This document shows positions 32,710-42,757 of a stretch of DNA of 64,000 nt, piece by piece. The notes under the pieces are model-generated. The model did not search any database. It had not been told where the DNA came from and saw only the letters and a program-made list of their open reading frames with translations. The position numbers and the translations under genes are program-made. Numbering within the stretch: position 1 is the first letter of the stretch; each line of letters begins with the position of its first letter. This DNA is from Candidatus Latescibacterota bacterium (lineage in GTDB: Bacteria > Latescibacterota > UBA2968), in the NCBI GenBank assembly GCA_965208125.1, contig OZ242320.1, forward strand, positions 5,472,001-5,536,000, read 5' to 3'.

Positions 32710-35700
32710 ATGAAAACTTTCTGGCATAGCATCCCCGCAATCACTTTGCTAATCGCAACCAGCATCGCACACGCGGGAAATGTGCGCGTGGTGGCAACGG
32801 GTGAAAACTGGGTAGAAGTTGTGGTGGATGCATCCGATTTCGCCATCACCTCAGAATCTCCTTATGATCGCATAGACGTGCCGGGATGGATGTGGTTGCA
32901 CCAGCCGGGGGCACCTGCTGTACCTGTGCGCGGTGCAACACTGGGCATGCCTTATGGCTCTCGTGCGGTCGTTCAAGTGCTTGAGGCAAACTATGAGGAA
33001 ATCGAAGGCCTGGATCTCATGCCCGTGCCACAGATGCAGTTGCTGGGATCTGAACAATATCCGTTTTCGAGATCGATTTATCTGAAGGACGAGACAATTT
33101 ACGACACACCGGGATTTTATCCCGGGGCAGAAGCCGTTGTGGCCCACACAGGCACCTTGCGCGATCAACAAGTCGCGATTCTGTCATTGCGTCCAGTACA
33201 ATACGATCCCGTTCAGCGCAGACTTCGGATTGCGCGACAATTGCGCTTACGCGTGTTATTTGTTGCGGATACAACACGGCCTCCTATTCAGTTCTCGAGA
33301 GAAACAGACGCTTTTGAGTCTGTCTATCAAAAGGGATTACTCAACCCCGAACAGGCGCGCTTTTGGCGCGGGCGGCGCATTCGCGCGACAAAGCGCGTAC
33401 AGGATTGGTACGATCCCACAGCTACGTATTACAAAATCAGAATTTTTGAAGATGGTCTCTACCGATTGGACGCGCGCTGGTTTTCCGAATCAGGCATTGT
33501 ATTATCACCGGGAGATTTGGATCAGTTACAGGTATTTTTAGACGGGGAAGAAATCCCGCTGCTCGTTGAAGATGGTGGAGATGGCGTATTAGATGCTGGT
33601 GATGGGGTGATGTTTTGGGGCGCATATCGGCGCGCGCCAGATCGAGATTTTGAAAGTGATTACGGCAAAGAGCGCGTCTATTTCCTGCGTATTGATCGAG
33701 AATCTGGCTTGCGATATACACGCGCTGAGGACGCATCAACTAACGAGGTTTTGACGCATTTTTTGTCGCGCAAACACGTTGAAATCGATTCGATCTACGA
33801 AGCCCTGGGACATGCGCAAAATGCCAACCGCGATCACTGGTTCTGGCAGCGCACCGCATCCCCGTCGCGCCCGGGCGATATGCCCACAGACGTCGTAATG
33901 CCCGTGCCTTTGCCGGGGCTGGCACGCGAAGCAAGTGGCAACGCACAAATTCGCCTGGGCATGCATTCTTTGACCCTGAACCATAACATAAATCCCGATC
34001 ACTACGCTATCGTACAAATTCAGGATGGTCCTGTCATCGCAGAAGCCCGCTGGGACGGACAGGACGCCTATATCGCGACGGGCATAACACCCGTATCGGC
34101 ATTGTCAGACACAACTTATGTGGTACTGCGAACGCCCGGCGATCCATCATTTCCACTTGAATCGAATCCCTACGTCGATCATGTGTATTTCAACTGGGTG
34201 GAGATTACCTATCCGCGGCGTTTTGAGGCCTTAGATGGTATGCTGCGTTTTAACCCGGGCATTGTGCTTTCGCCCCGCGCAGTCTCCATTGCCAATTTTG
34301 AACACGAGCGGGTTAGAGTTTTGAATTTGGACAAGAATAAAATCGTCGGCACGGTGCGGGGTGACGAGGGGATTAGATTCGAGATAGCTGAAGGCGGCGA
34401 TTTTGTCGCAGTGGATGAAACATCCATAAAAACACCCGAAATCGCAGAACGCGATATCCCTTATGATTTGCGCGGCTTCTCTGGCGCGGATTACGTGATT
34501 ATTGCAGGTGCGGATTTTATGGATGCCGCCGAGCGTTTGGCCGCACATCGGCAGGGGCGGTTATCCACACTGGTGGTCAATGTAGCCGATGTATATGACG
34601 AATTTTCCTTTGGACAAGTCGATGCCGAGGCCATTCGCCGTTTTGTACAATACGGATTTCACACCTGGGAAAAACGTCCAGAGTACGTCTTATTGTTCGG
34701 GGAATTCAGCTTTGATTATCGCAATATATTTGGAGAAAATCGGATCGCGCGTCACAACCTCGTACCGGGCCTGCCCTTTCAATCTCCCAACCGCGGTCTG
34801 GCATTTACCGATGAGTTTTTCGGGCGGGTAGATAATAATTTGTTTATGGATGTACTTGTAGGGCGATTTTCCGTGCGACGCGCGTCGCAGGCCAATACAG
34901 TTGTGCAAAAAGTGATCACTTATGACGAAACACCGCCAGCACAATGGCACAACCGCATCCTGCTAATGGCAAATTGGGACGCACAGGGGGGGACGTACAA
35001 ATTTATCGCGCCGAGTGATACGCTGGCAACAATTACGCACGCTATCGGACTGGAGAATTTCAAAGTGTATCACGATGCAGACACACCGCCCGAACCCAAT
35101 GCCTCATCCCGAGAAGTTATTCGACAGATCAATGAGGGGCGTCTGATTGTAAATTTTATGGGCCATGGCAGTGCTTCATCAATGTCCAAATATTTTGCTG
35201 GAACATTTCAACAAAGGGATTTCAGTTACCTGAGCCAAATTCAAAATGCAGAACGCCTGCCCCTATTTATCGGAATGTCGTGTCTCAATGGACTATACTG
35301 GGACCCACGCATCATTAGTCTCGCCGAAGATATGATCAACAAATCCGATGGCGGTGCAATAGCATACATATCCGCGTCTTCTCTATCATTTATTCGCATT
35401 AACAACCAGCTCAACACAGCACTATTCCGGCACATATTTGAAGATAGCGTGCTGGCTTTCGGGCAGAGTCTCGCACTGGCCAAAAAGGCCGAACTCGAGA
35501 TTCTTCCTTCGAGTGAACTGGGACTGTTGGGGATGAACCTGATCGGCGATCCCGCACAAGAAATCGCGGTGCCGCAAAACCCGGATTTTGTACTTGGCGA
35601 TGCTGCGTTGCAGTTAGACCAGCGAGGTGAACTGACCACAGGAGACTCGGTTCGGGTAACGCTACGCATAGATAATTGGGGCATTTTGCCCGAGCGCAAC

Positions 35701-38388
35701 GTGGATATCATCCTGATTGATCGCAATCTGAGTTCCGCCGTGGTCGATACCCTATTCATGGCGGCTTTACCGCCTTTTGGAATACGCGATAGTGTGACGG
35801 TACTCTGGCGTCTCAACAATCGCGCCGGACGCCATATCTTAGAAGCGATAGCCGACCCAGCCGATGCGATTGTAGAAGGCGATGAAACAAATAATCGAAC
35901 AGAGGTAGAAGTCGATGTCCTGGGTGCGTTATCGGCTGTGCAATTCTTGCCATTGCCGAGTCAAACCGTCGCAAATGCCCAGGTGGTATTGGGTATGCGG
36001 TCTGGGGAAGACCAGTTCCATCTAACAGGAGAATTTGAGCTGACTAGATCTGGCGACTTTCAAGATCCCGCGACAATGCGCTCGGGCAGCGTAGCTGCCG
36101 CCGAAGGCATTATTTTATGGCGCCCAACGGGTTTGCGCGCGGGATCTCATTTTTGGCGTGCCCGATTATCCGATGGACAGACAACAGGCCCCTGGTCCGA
36201 TGTGCGACATTTTGTGGTGACATCCTCTGTACCCGAGCGGCAGGTGGTGTGGCAGCAAGACGGCGCTATTGCACTATCGCGCGGCACAGGCGAAGATGTC
36301 GTGTTATCTGATGACGGTTCCGTGGGACGCACCATGTCTCCACCGCCGATCCGATTCAATGATGCCGAGGCTTCTTTTCTCAGTGAGGGTGTGGCGGGTG
36401 CAGCCGTTTTGTGTACGGACGGAACATACCTGTATGTAAAGCGATTCTATACCCCGACCGACTTCTATCCCGGCAGCGATTTGTTCGCACGCATTGGCAC
36501 GGGATTCAATGGCACGGTAGCAGGTCAAAATTACGGGATCGTGACCGAAACACCTATCCAGGGCATTTCAGCAACATTTCACAGCGATGGGTTTATTTAT
36601 TCCGAACACCGCACAGCGCGCTCTGTGCTGCGTATTTCACCCATCACTGGGCGAATCGATACCGTTGAAGTGCCCGATGGATTACTGGATCGGTTACGGG
36701 GATTGCCCTTTGATGACCATGCTTTAATTACCTCTGATGGTGAGTTTATCCACAACGTGTCTGCAGGTGTCAATGGCATAAAGCGCAGCGGGTGGACCGT
36801 ACGCGTATTTGACCCGGCCAATGCCTGGCGCGTCGTACGGCAATTTACCGTACAGCCAACAGAAACGGGATTTGGATATCTATTTACAGGTGGCGCGATT
36901 GCCGATGGACAGTTTATCTACCTGATCGAATATGGCACGGGATTGACACACCGCGTGCGCGTGGTAGATGCACATACCGGGGCATTTGTGGAAGAATTTG
37001 AAAGCGATCAGGCGCAGACAGATATTTTGGGCGGGCAATTCGATTGGGTGAACAACGCGGTGTGGCTGGGGCAATTGGGCGGGGGCATGGTATATCGATA
37101 TCCGGGGCAGCACTTGCCCGAGTTTGGCACCTTAACATCTGAACCAATTGGACCGGCGAGTGCGTGGCATACAGTAACGACGGCCTTATTGGGCACGGGC
37201 AGAGCCGAAGTAAATTTACTCGGCGAGGTAGATAACAATACGTTTGCTCCATTATCACAATGGCAAAATTTGCCACCGGGAATAATTGATTTGCGCAGTA
37301 CAGGTTTATCCATTCCGCGACTAAAAATTCAGATCAAATTGTACGGAGAAGGATTAAATCCATCTCCCGGCCTGCAAACCTGGACCACGACATATCAGCC
37401 ACTTTCAGATATTGGCCTGAGCAACTTGCGGGCAGAACCTTTTGAAATAACGGAATTGCAACCCGTGTACCTCCATCTCGATGTGCAAAACCGCGGTCCA
37501 TTGGACCTGGCTCTGGGCGCATCTATTGCTTTTTATAGTGGCTCTCCCGCGCTGGGGCGTCTGATAGGGCGCGTGGCTGTGCCCGAAAATAGCCCGCTCG
37601 GACAAATCGTTCCCCTGCGCCTGGTGTGGCAAACCGCACAGTGGGCCGGGCAACACATGATAACGGCTCGTTTGGAAAATTTTCAGGGAGAGTCGATTTT
37701 TCCTGGCCGTGAGATAGCGCTTACAGAGCCAGTGCAGATTGCACCGAGTTCTGACCGCGATGTGCCGACAATTGAAATCGCGGCACTGGATGCCCTCGGC
37801 GAAGTGCGACCAGAAGATTATTTGCCCTCCCAACCGACATTTCGAATTTCCATGCGCGATACAGCGGGTATTGATTTGTCCAGCATTCGCCTGTCGCTTT
37901 CGGGAACAGACGAGGAACAAGAGAGTCATTACGAGTCAGAAAAAATAAAAAACCGCGCTGTTACCCCCATGACACTGTCATTTGTCTATACCCCAAACGC
38001 CCTTGCCGATGGTCGTTATACGCTCAATGTCGAGGCATCTGACAGGCTGGGAAATGGTCCTGCAAAAATTGCAATATCGTTCCAGGTCTCTTCAATATTG
38101 GCGATAGAGAACGCACTGGTCGCGCCCAATCCCGTATCCGACACAGGACATTTTACATTCATCTTATCGCGCCCTTCAGAAGTCACCGTGCGGATTTACA
38201 CCCTTGCCGGACGGCTCGTTCAGAGAATTGAAGAGCCATTTGCACGCGCGGGATACAACCAGATTTTTTGGGATGGGCGAGACGCCGACGGTCATGTGCT
38301 GAGCAACAATACGTATCTGTACACCTTGACCGCAGACAATGGCGAATCGCAGGCGCGGGTTAAAGATAAGTTAATTGTGTATCGATAA
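32710..38388 (+). CDS. Large secreted C25 (gingipain/PorU-like) cysteine peptidase with propeptide, CARDB-like and C-terminal FlgD-Ig sorting domain
   Basis: C25 propeptide (PGAPAVPV; LRPVQYDP); DYVII; DVYDEFSFG; catalytic NFMGHG and MSCLNG; NLIGDP; EGDETNN; C-terminal PNP..IYTLAGRLV..WDGRD. Confidence 0.85.
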   Translation: MKTFWHSIPAITLLIATSIAHAGNVRVVATGENWVEVVVDASDFAITSESPYDRIDVPGWMWLHQPGAPAVPVRGATLGMPYGSRAVVQVLEANYEEIEGLDLMPVPQMQLLGSEQYPFSRSIYLKDETIYDTPGFYPGAEAVVAHTGTLRDQQVAILSLRPVQYDPVQRRLRIARQLRLRVLFVADTTRPPIQFSRETDAFESVYQKGLLNPEQARFWRGRRIRATKRVQDWYDPTATYYKIRIFEDGLYRLDARWFSESGIVLSPGDLDQLQVFLDGEEIPLLVEDGGDGVLDAGDGVMFWGAYRRAPDRDFESDYGKERVYFLRIDRESGLRYTRAEDASTNEVLTHFLSRKHVEIDSIYEALGHAQNANRDHWFWQRTASPSRPGDMPTDVVMPVPLPGLAREASGNAQIRLGMHSLTLNHNINPDHYAIVQIQDGPVIAEARWDGQDAYIATGITPVSALSDTTYVVLRTPGDPSFPLESNPYVDHVYFNWVEITYPRRFEALDGMLRFNPGIVLSPRAVSIANFEHERVRVLNLDKNKIVGTVRGDEGIRFEIAEGGDFVAVDETSIKTPEIAERDIPYDLRGFSGADYVIIAGADFMDAAERLAAHRQGRLSTLVVNVADVYDEFSFGQVDAEAIRRFVQYGFHTWEKRPEYVLLFGEFSFDYRNIFGENRIARHNLVPGLPFQSPNRGLAFTDEFFGRVDNNLFMDVLVGRFSVRRASQANTVVQKVITYDETPPAQWHNRILLMANWDAQGGTYKFIAPSDTLATITHAIGLENFKVYHDADTPPEPNASSREVIRQINEGRLIVNFMGHGSASSMSKYFAGTFQQRDFSYLSQIQNAERLPLFIGMSCLNGLYWDPRIISLAEDMINKSDGGAIAYISASSLSFIRINNQLNTALFRHIFEDSVLAFGQSLALAKKAELEILPSSELGLLGMNLIGDPAQEIAVPQNPDFVLGDAALQLDQRGELTTGDSVRVTLRIDNWGILPERNVDIILIDRNLSSAVVDTLFMAALPPFGIRDSVTVLWRLNNRAGRHILEAIADPADAIVEGDETNNRTEVEVDVLGALSAVQFLPLPSQTVANAQVVLGMRSGEDQFHLTGEFELTRSGDFQDPATMRSGSVAAAEGIILWRPTGLRAGSHFWRARLSDGQTTGPWSDVRHFVVTSSVPERQVVWQQDGAIALSRGTGEDVVLSDDGSVGRTMSPPPIRFNDAEASFLSEGVAGAAVLCTDGTYLYVKRFYTPTDFYPGSDLFARIGTGFNGTVAGQNYGIVTETPIQGISATFHSDGFIYSEHRTARSVLRISPITGRIDTVEVPDGLLDRLRGLPFDDHALITSDGEFIHNVSAGVNGIKRSGWTVRVFDPANAWRVVRQFTVQPTETGFGYLFTGGAIADGQFIYLIEYGTGLTHRVRVVDAHTGAFVEEFESDQAQTDILGGQFDWVNNAVWLGQLGGGMVYRYPGQHLPEFGTLTSEPIGPASAWHTVTTALLGTGRAEVNLLGEVDNNTFAPLSQWQNLPPGIIDLRSTGLSIPRLKIQIKLYGEGLNPSPGLQTWTTTYQPLSDIGLSNLRAEPFEITELQPVYLHLDVQNRGPLDLALGASIAFYSGSPALGRLIGRVAVPENSPLGQIVPLRLVWQTAQWAGQHMITARLENFQGESIFPGREIALTEPVQIAPSSDRDVPTIEIAALDALGEVRPEDYLPSQPTFRISMRDTAGIDLSSIRLSLSGTDEEQESHYESEKIKNRAVTPMTLSFVYTPNALADGRYTLNVEASDRLGNGPAKIAISFQVSSILAIENALVAPNPVSDTGHFTFILSRPSEVTVRIYTLAGRLVQRIEEPFARAGYNQIFWDGRDADGHVLSNNTYLYTLTADNGESQARVKDKLIVYR

Positions 38389-38400
38389 AGTGAAAGAATC

Positions 38401-39885
38401 ATGAAAGTACTCGTCATAGGTCTGGATTGTGCGGCACCCGAACTGATCTTTCAGCGATTTCGAGATGACATGCCCACCATCGACAACCTGATCCAGACCG
38501 GGATTTACGGCAACCTAAAAAGTACTATCCCGCCCATTACCATTCCCGCCTGGATGAGCATGGTAACGGGCAAAGACCCCGGCACGCTGGGATTTTACGG
38601 GCTTCGCAACCGCGCCGATTACTCCTACAACCGTCTGTCTATTGCCAATTCATCTCTCGTACACGACGACACGGTTTGGGACATCATCTCTGCTGCAGGC
38701 AAAAAAGTAATCCTCGTTGGCGTACCCCAAACCTATCCTCCCCAGCCAGTCAACGGCTGTCTGATCGCCTCTTTTCTCACGCCGAGCAACGACAGTCCCT
38801 ATACCTATCCCGACAGTCTAAAAGCCGAAATCGAGCGCGTATCCGATGGCTATATCATCGATGTACGCGATTTTCGCACAGATGACAAAGCGCGCTTGCT
38901 CAGCGAAATTTACACCATGACCGAAAAGCGATTTCGCGTGACCCGGCATCTCCTGCAAACCCGCGAGTGGGATTTTTGCATGCATGTGGAAATGGGCACA
39001 GATCGCATCCACCACGGATTCTGGCGATTTCTGGATCAAACCCACCGAAGACACGATCCCAATTCCGAATTTGTAAACGCCATCCGCGACTATTACCGCT
39101 ATCTCGATAGTGAAATCGCATCCCTGATTGATCTGGCTGGTACAGATACCGCTATCCTCCTCGTCTCAGACCATGGCGCCAAACGCATTGATGGCGGTAT
39201 ATGCATCAACGAATGGTTGATCCGCGAAGGGTATTTGACACTAAAAAAATATCCCCAGAAGCTCACGGCTTATGAGGATCTCGAAATCGACTGGGCAAAA
39301 ACCACAGCCTGGGGTGCAGGTGGCTATTACGCGCGCATCTTTCTCAACATTGCCGGACGAGAACAAAAAGGCATTGTGCCCCCCGAACAATACAATTTCT
39401 TACGTGACGAACTCTCAAAAAAAATTGCGGACATTCCCGACGACAGGGGCAATCCCCTGCCGACGCAGGTCTTCAAACCAGAAGATATTTACAACACCAT
39501 TAAAAATATCCCACCCGACCTGATCGTCTATTTCGGGGACCTGCACTGGCGTTCTGTTGGCACAATAGGCCATCGCGCCATCCACACCCTCGAAAACGAC
39601 ACCGGGCCAGACGATGCCAACCACGCCCAACACGGCATCTTTATCCTCAAAGACGGTACGCACACAGGCGAAAAATACAATCTGGAAATACGCGACATCG
39701 CACCGACCATACTCGGCCTCATGGACATCCCCATCCCCACCGACATGCAAAGCCAGGCAATAGTCAACGCGCCCTCAACGCCTGCACCATCAGATGCACA
39801 ACCTTCACACACGGACGACGCAGTCTATACAGAAGACGAAAAAAAAGCACTCGAAGATCGGCTCAGAGCACTGGGATATATGTAA
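38401..39885 (+). CDS. Alkaline phosphatase superfamily, nucleotide pyrophosphatase/phosphodiesterase
   Basis: IGLDCA; STIPPITIPAW; DRIHH; VSDHG; DANH; C-terminal RLRALGY. Confidence 0.9.
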   Translation: MKVLVIGLDCAAPELIFQRFRDDMPTIDNLIQTGIYGNLKSTIPPITIPAWMSMVTGKDPGTLGFYGLRNRADYSYNRLSIANSSLVHDDTVWDIISAAGKKVILVGVPQTYPPQPVNGCLIASFLTPSNDSPYTYPDSLKAEIERVSDGYIIDVRDFRTDDKARLLSEIYTMTEKRFRVTRHLLQTREWDFCMHVEMGTDRIHHGFWRFLDQTHRRHDPNSEFVNAIRDYYRYLDSEIASLIDLAGTDTAILLVSDHGAKRIDGGICINEWLIREGYLTLKKYPQKLTAYEDLEIDWAKTTAWGAGGYYARIFLNIAGREQKGIVPPEQYNFLRDELSKKIADIPDDRGNPLPTQVFKPEDIYNTIKNIPPDLIVYFGDLHWRSVGTIGHRAIHTLENDTGPDDANHAQHGIFILKDGTHTGEKYNLEIRDIAPTILGLMDIPIPTDMQSQAIVNAPSTPAPSDAQPSHTDDAVYTEDEKKALEDRLRALGYM

Positions 39886-39893
39886 TTAACCAC

Positions 39894-39924
39894 TGTAGGT
39901 GCGGGTTTAAAACCCGCACCTACA
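39894..39924. repeat. GTAG-type REP palindrome
   Basis: TGTAGGTGCGGGTT-TAA-AACCCGCACCTACA, with perfect 14-bp arms, between convergent genes. Confidence 0.8.
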
Positions 39925-40807
39925 AAAAAACCCGAAAACGCGCGGGCAACGGCGACATTCCACCGTCCTGTGTCGTAACAAAACCGCCAACGGCATTGGC
40001 CTGTTCGGCGCATATCTGCATCGGTGTGCCAGCGAGTAAATGCACGACAAATGCCGCCGTAAAAGCATCGCCAGCACCCACCGTATTCACGACCTGTTGT
40101 CTTTTCCCCACCGCCTGATAAATCCCGCCTTCACTCACAACTCGACATCCCTTTTCTCCCAGCGTCAAAATCACACATTGCAGGTCAAAACGCGCGAGAA
40201 TATCTGTTAAAAAAGCATCCACATCTTCTTCCCCACCCAAATAATCGCGCAGCAGAACCACTTCCTCGTCATTTAACTTCAACACATCAGCGCGTGCTAT
40301 AGACTCTCGCACAATCTCATCAGTGTGATAGTGCTGGCGAAAATTGATATCGAGCACGCGCAGACAATCCGGCGACGACGCATCTAAAAAATTTGTAATT
40401 GCCCGACGGTTCTGCGCCTCGCGTTGCTCCAGTGTACCAAAACACAAGGCGTGAGCAGATTGCGCTATCGGTGCCAATTTTGAGCACCATGTAATCGCAT
40501 CCCACGCCACGCCTTCGACTATTTCATAAGCTGGTTGCCCATCTACGAAGGTCACATCTACAGTACCCGTTGGTCGATGGGCATGCACTTGCATGGCATC
40601 TGTAGCCACGCCTCTTCCGCTTAAAATCTCAAGTGCTGCCTTGCCCCGCGCATCGTCTCCCACACAACTCACCAGGGCAGAACGCGCGCCTAATGCAGCC
40701 GCATGCACGGCAAAATTTGCCGGCGCGCCTCCCAACCGCTCGCCATCGGGAAACACATCCCACAACACGGCGCCGATAGCGACCACGCAAGGCGGATCAC
40801 GGCGCAT
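39920..40807 (-). CDS. PfkB family carbohydrate kinase (fructokinase-like)
   Basis: GGAPANFA; DINFR; KLNDEE; TLGEKG; NTVGAGDAF. Confidence 0.92.
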   Translation of the reverse strand: MRRDPPCVVAIGAVLWDVFPDGERLGGAPANFAVHAAALGARSALVSCVGDDARGKAALEILSGRGVATDAMQVHAHRPTGTVDVTFVDGQPAYEIVEGVAWDAITWCSKLAPIAQSAHALCFGTLEQREAQNRRAITNFLDASSPDCLRVLDINFRQHYHTDEIVRESIARADVLKLNDEEVVLLRDYLGGEEDVDAFLTDILARFDLQCVILTLGEKGCRVVSEGGIYQAVGKRQQVVNTVGAGDAFTAAFVVHLLAGTPMQICAEQANAVGGFVTTQDGGMSPLPARFRVFL

Positions 40808-41790
40808 TACCGCGACACCTTTACAGCCTTCTTTGCAGAAGCCGAACGATAAGCGGCCTCGGACAAGCGGGCGACCTGCAAAGCGAAATCCGGCGGCGAA
40901 TATCCCGCGCCATCGTTGCGGATCAGATCAAAAAATGCCTGATCGGGCGTCGTCTCCTGAATATGCGATGGAATTTCAATTGGTTTGTCATTCAGCAGAA
41001 CCGACTGCACCTGCCATCGGTGTAAATGGAACACCAGACAGCCCTTGCTTCCGTGAATGGCGATCCGCTCATCGTGATGCGCCGCATTGCCAAAGGTATT
41101 CAGCGTACCCGCCCCACCACCTTTGAAACGCACATTAACCACCATATTGGTATCCACAGCTTTTCCCGCATTCTCCGCAAAAGCCGAGACCTCCACAGGC
41201 TCCAATCCCGTAATCCACAACACTGAAGCGACGAGATGGCTACCCGTATCCATAAACATACCGCCCCCCGACAGTTCGGGATCCAAACGCCAACCGCGAA
41301 TACTTCCCCAATTTTGCGTCACATACGCCACCACGCCGCGCAACTCTCCCAGTTCACCCTGCCGAATCAATTCACGCGCATAAACGTGGGGAGCCATATA
41401 ATTGCGCTGGTAGGCCACCACCAGATACAATTTCAATTTATCCGATAAATTGATCAGCGACTTGGTCTGCCGAGACGCAACAGTGAGGGGCTTCTCAACC
41501 AGAACGTGCAACCCCTTTTGCAAAGACAAGCGGGCGTGTTCATAATGCAGCGCGTGGGGCGAACTGATCAGCATGGCATCGAGCGCTTCATTCCGCACGA
41601 GTTGGCGATAATCTTCATAAAACGACATCTCACTGCCCCACGCCTCCATCAATGCTTCCGCCTGGCTCTCGTCTGGATCGGCCACGCCGATAATCTCCAC
41701 GCCACCATCTGCTTTCAAACGAGGCAAATGTGCTCGTTGCATGTTGCCGCCACATCCGATTAAACCGAGCCGAATTTTTTCTTTAGACAT
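40807..41790 (-). CDS. Gfo/Idh/MocA oxidoreductase
   Basis: GLIGCGG; HVLVEKP; SGGGMFMDTGSH. Confidence 0.92.
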   Translation of the reverse strand: MSKEKIRLGLIGCGGNMQRAHLPRLKADGGVEIIGVADPDESQAEALMEAWGSEMSFYEDYRQLVRNEALDAMLISSPHALHYEHARLSLQKGLHVLVEKPLTVASRQTKSLINLSDKLKLYLVVAYQRNYMAPHVYARELIRQGELGELRGVVAYVTQNWGSIRGWRLDPELSGGGMFMDTGSHLVASVLWITGLEPVEVSAFAENAGKAVDTNMVVNVRFKGGGAGTLNTFGNAAHHDERIAIHGSKGCLVFHLHRWQVQSVLLNDKPIEIPSHIQETTPDQAFFDLIRNDGAGYSPPDFALQVARLSEAAYRSASAKKAVKVSR

Positions 41791-41830
41791 CGCGCAGAAC
41801 CTCCCGGTTTATAGTAAATAATATTTTTTA

Positions 41831-42637
41831 TTAAGCCGCCGATTCAGCTACCATCGTCACTTCTTTCCGGCCTTCTAATCCTGAAATCACCGGAAATGTA
41901 CGCGATGAATCCTTTCCCCGCGCCATATAACGCACAGTAGGTGGAAAATAGGCGTAGAGTGCCGTATGTCTCGGTCGCGGGGAATGATTGGGGCCAGAAC
42001 CGTGGACACACAAACTGTGAAACAGGAGGGCTGTCCCCGCATTGAGCGGCACCTCAATGGCCTGTGAAGTATCCAAATTTTTTCGATCTGTCAACTTTGC
42101 ATCTTGAGGCCGCGCAATATCGCCCCATTTCTGCATGCCCCACTTGTGACTCTCGGGAATCACCCGAATGCACCCATTCTCTGAACTGGCATCTGTCAAT
42201 GCAATGCTCACCGTGACAAGTGCGGGCGGCTCCATTGGCCAATACGCCGAATCCTGATGAAAACCATGCGAGGACCCGTGAAACGCGGGCTTGAGCATAA
42301 GCGTACTGCGAAACAACAACAAATCGGGTCCAATCAGATTCTGAACCACCGGCACGAGTTTGGAATGTGCAGCCAAATTCTTGAACACATGGGAAAAATC
42401 GCGCGTCTGCTCGATTTTTCGCAACACGGGCAAGCCATCTTGCTCTTTGCCCCTTGCATAAGGCTCGCGCTGAAAACTGCCCGAGCGCTTATCGCCATCA
42501 GTTGCCAAATCTGCTGCCATTACATGCAATTTGTGAATCTCTTCTTCACACTCAGCCAACTCAGGGGAAGACACCACATCTTCAACTACGAGATAGCCCT
42601 GGTCGTAAAAAAATGCTTTCTGTTCTTCAGGCGTCAT
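41831..42637 (-). CDS. Phytanoyl-CoA dioxygenase (PhyH) family protein
   Basis: QGYLVV; FHQDSAYW; NGCIRVIPESH; HGSGPN. Confidence 0.9.
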   Translation of the reverse strand: MTPEEQKAFFYDQGYLVVEDVVSSPELAECEEEIHKLHVMAADLATDGDKRSGSFQREPYARGKEQDGLPVLRKIEQTRDFSHVFKNLAAHSKLVPVVQNLIGPDLLLFRSTLMLKPAFHGSSHGFHQDSAYWPMEPPALVTVSIALTDASSENGCIRVIPESHKWGMQKWGDIARPQDAKLTDRKNLDTSQAIEVPLNAGTALLFHSLCVHGSGPNHSPRPRHTALYAYFPPTVRYMARGKDSSRTFPVISGLEGRKEVTMVAESAA

Positions 42638-42703
42638 CTTTATGTCTCCTCAAAAATTGATGAGATAAATCATAATACTATAAATACTTGTGTCAAGCAA
42701 AGA

Positions 42704-42733
42704 AAAAGGGCGTCAGTCTGTAACCGACGCCCT
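42704..42733 (-). terminator. Intrinsic terminator
   Basis: AGGGCGTC...GACGCCCT stem with a T-run on the minus strand. Confidence 0.65.
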
Positions 42734-42757
42734 AAAGGTATATTTGTGTAATAATTT

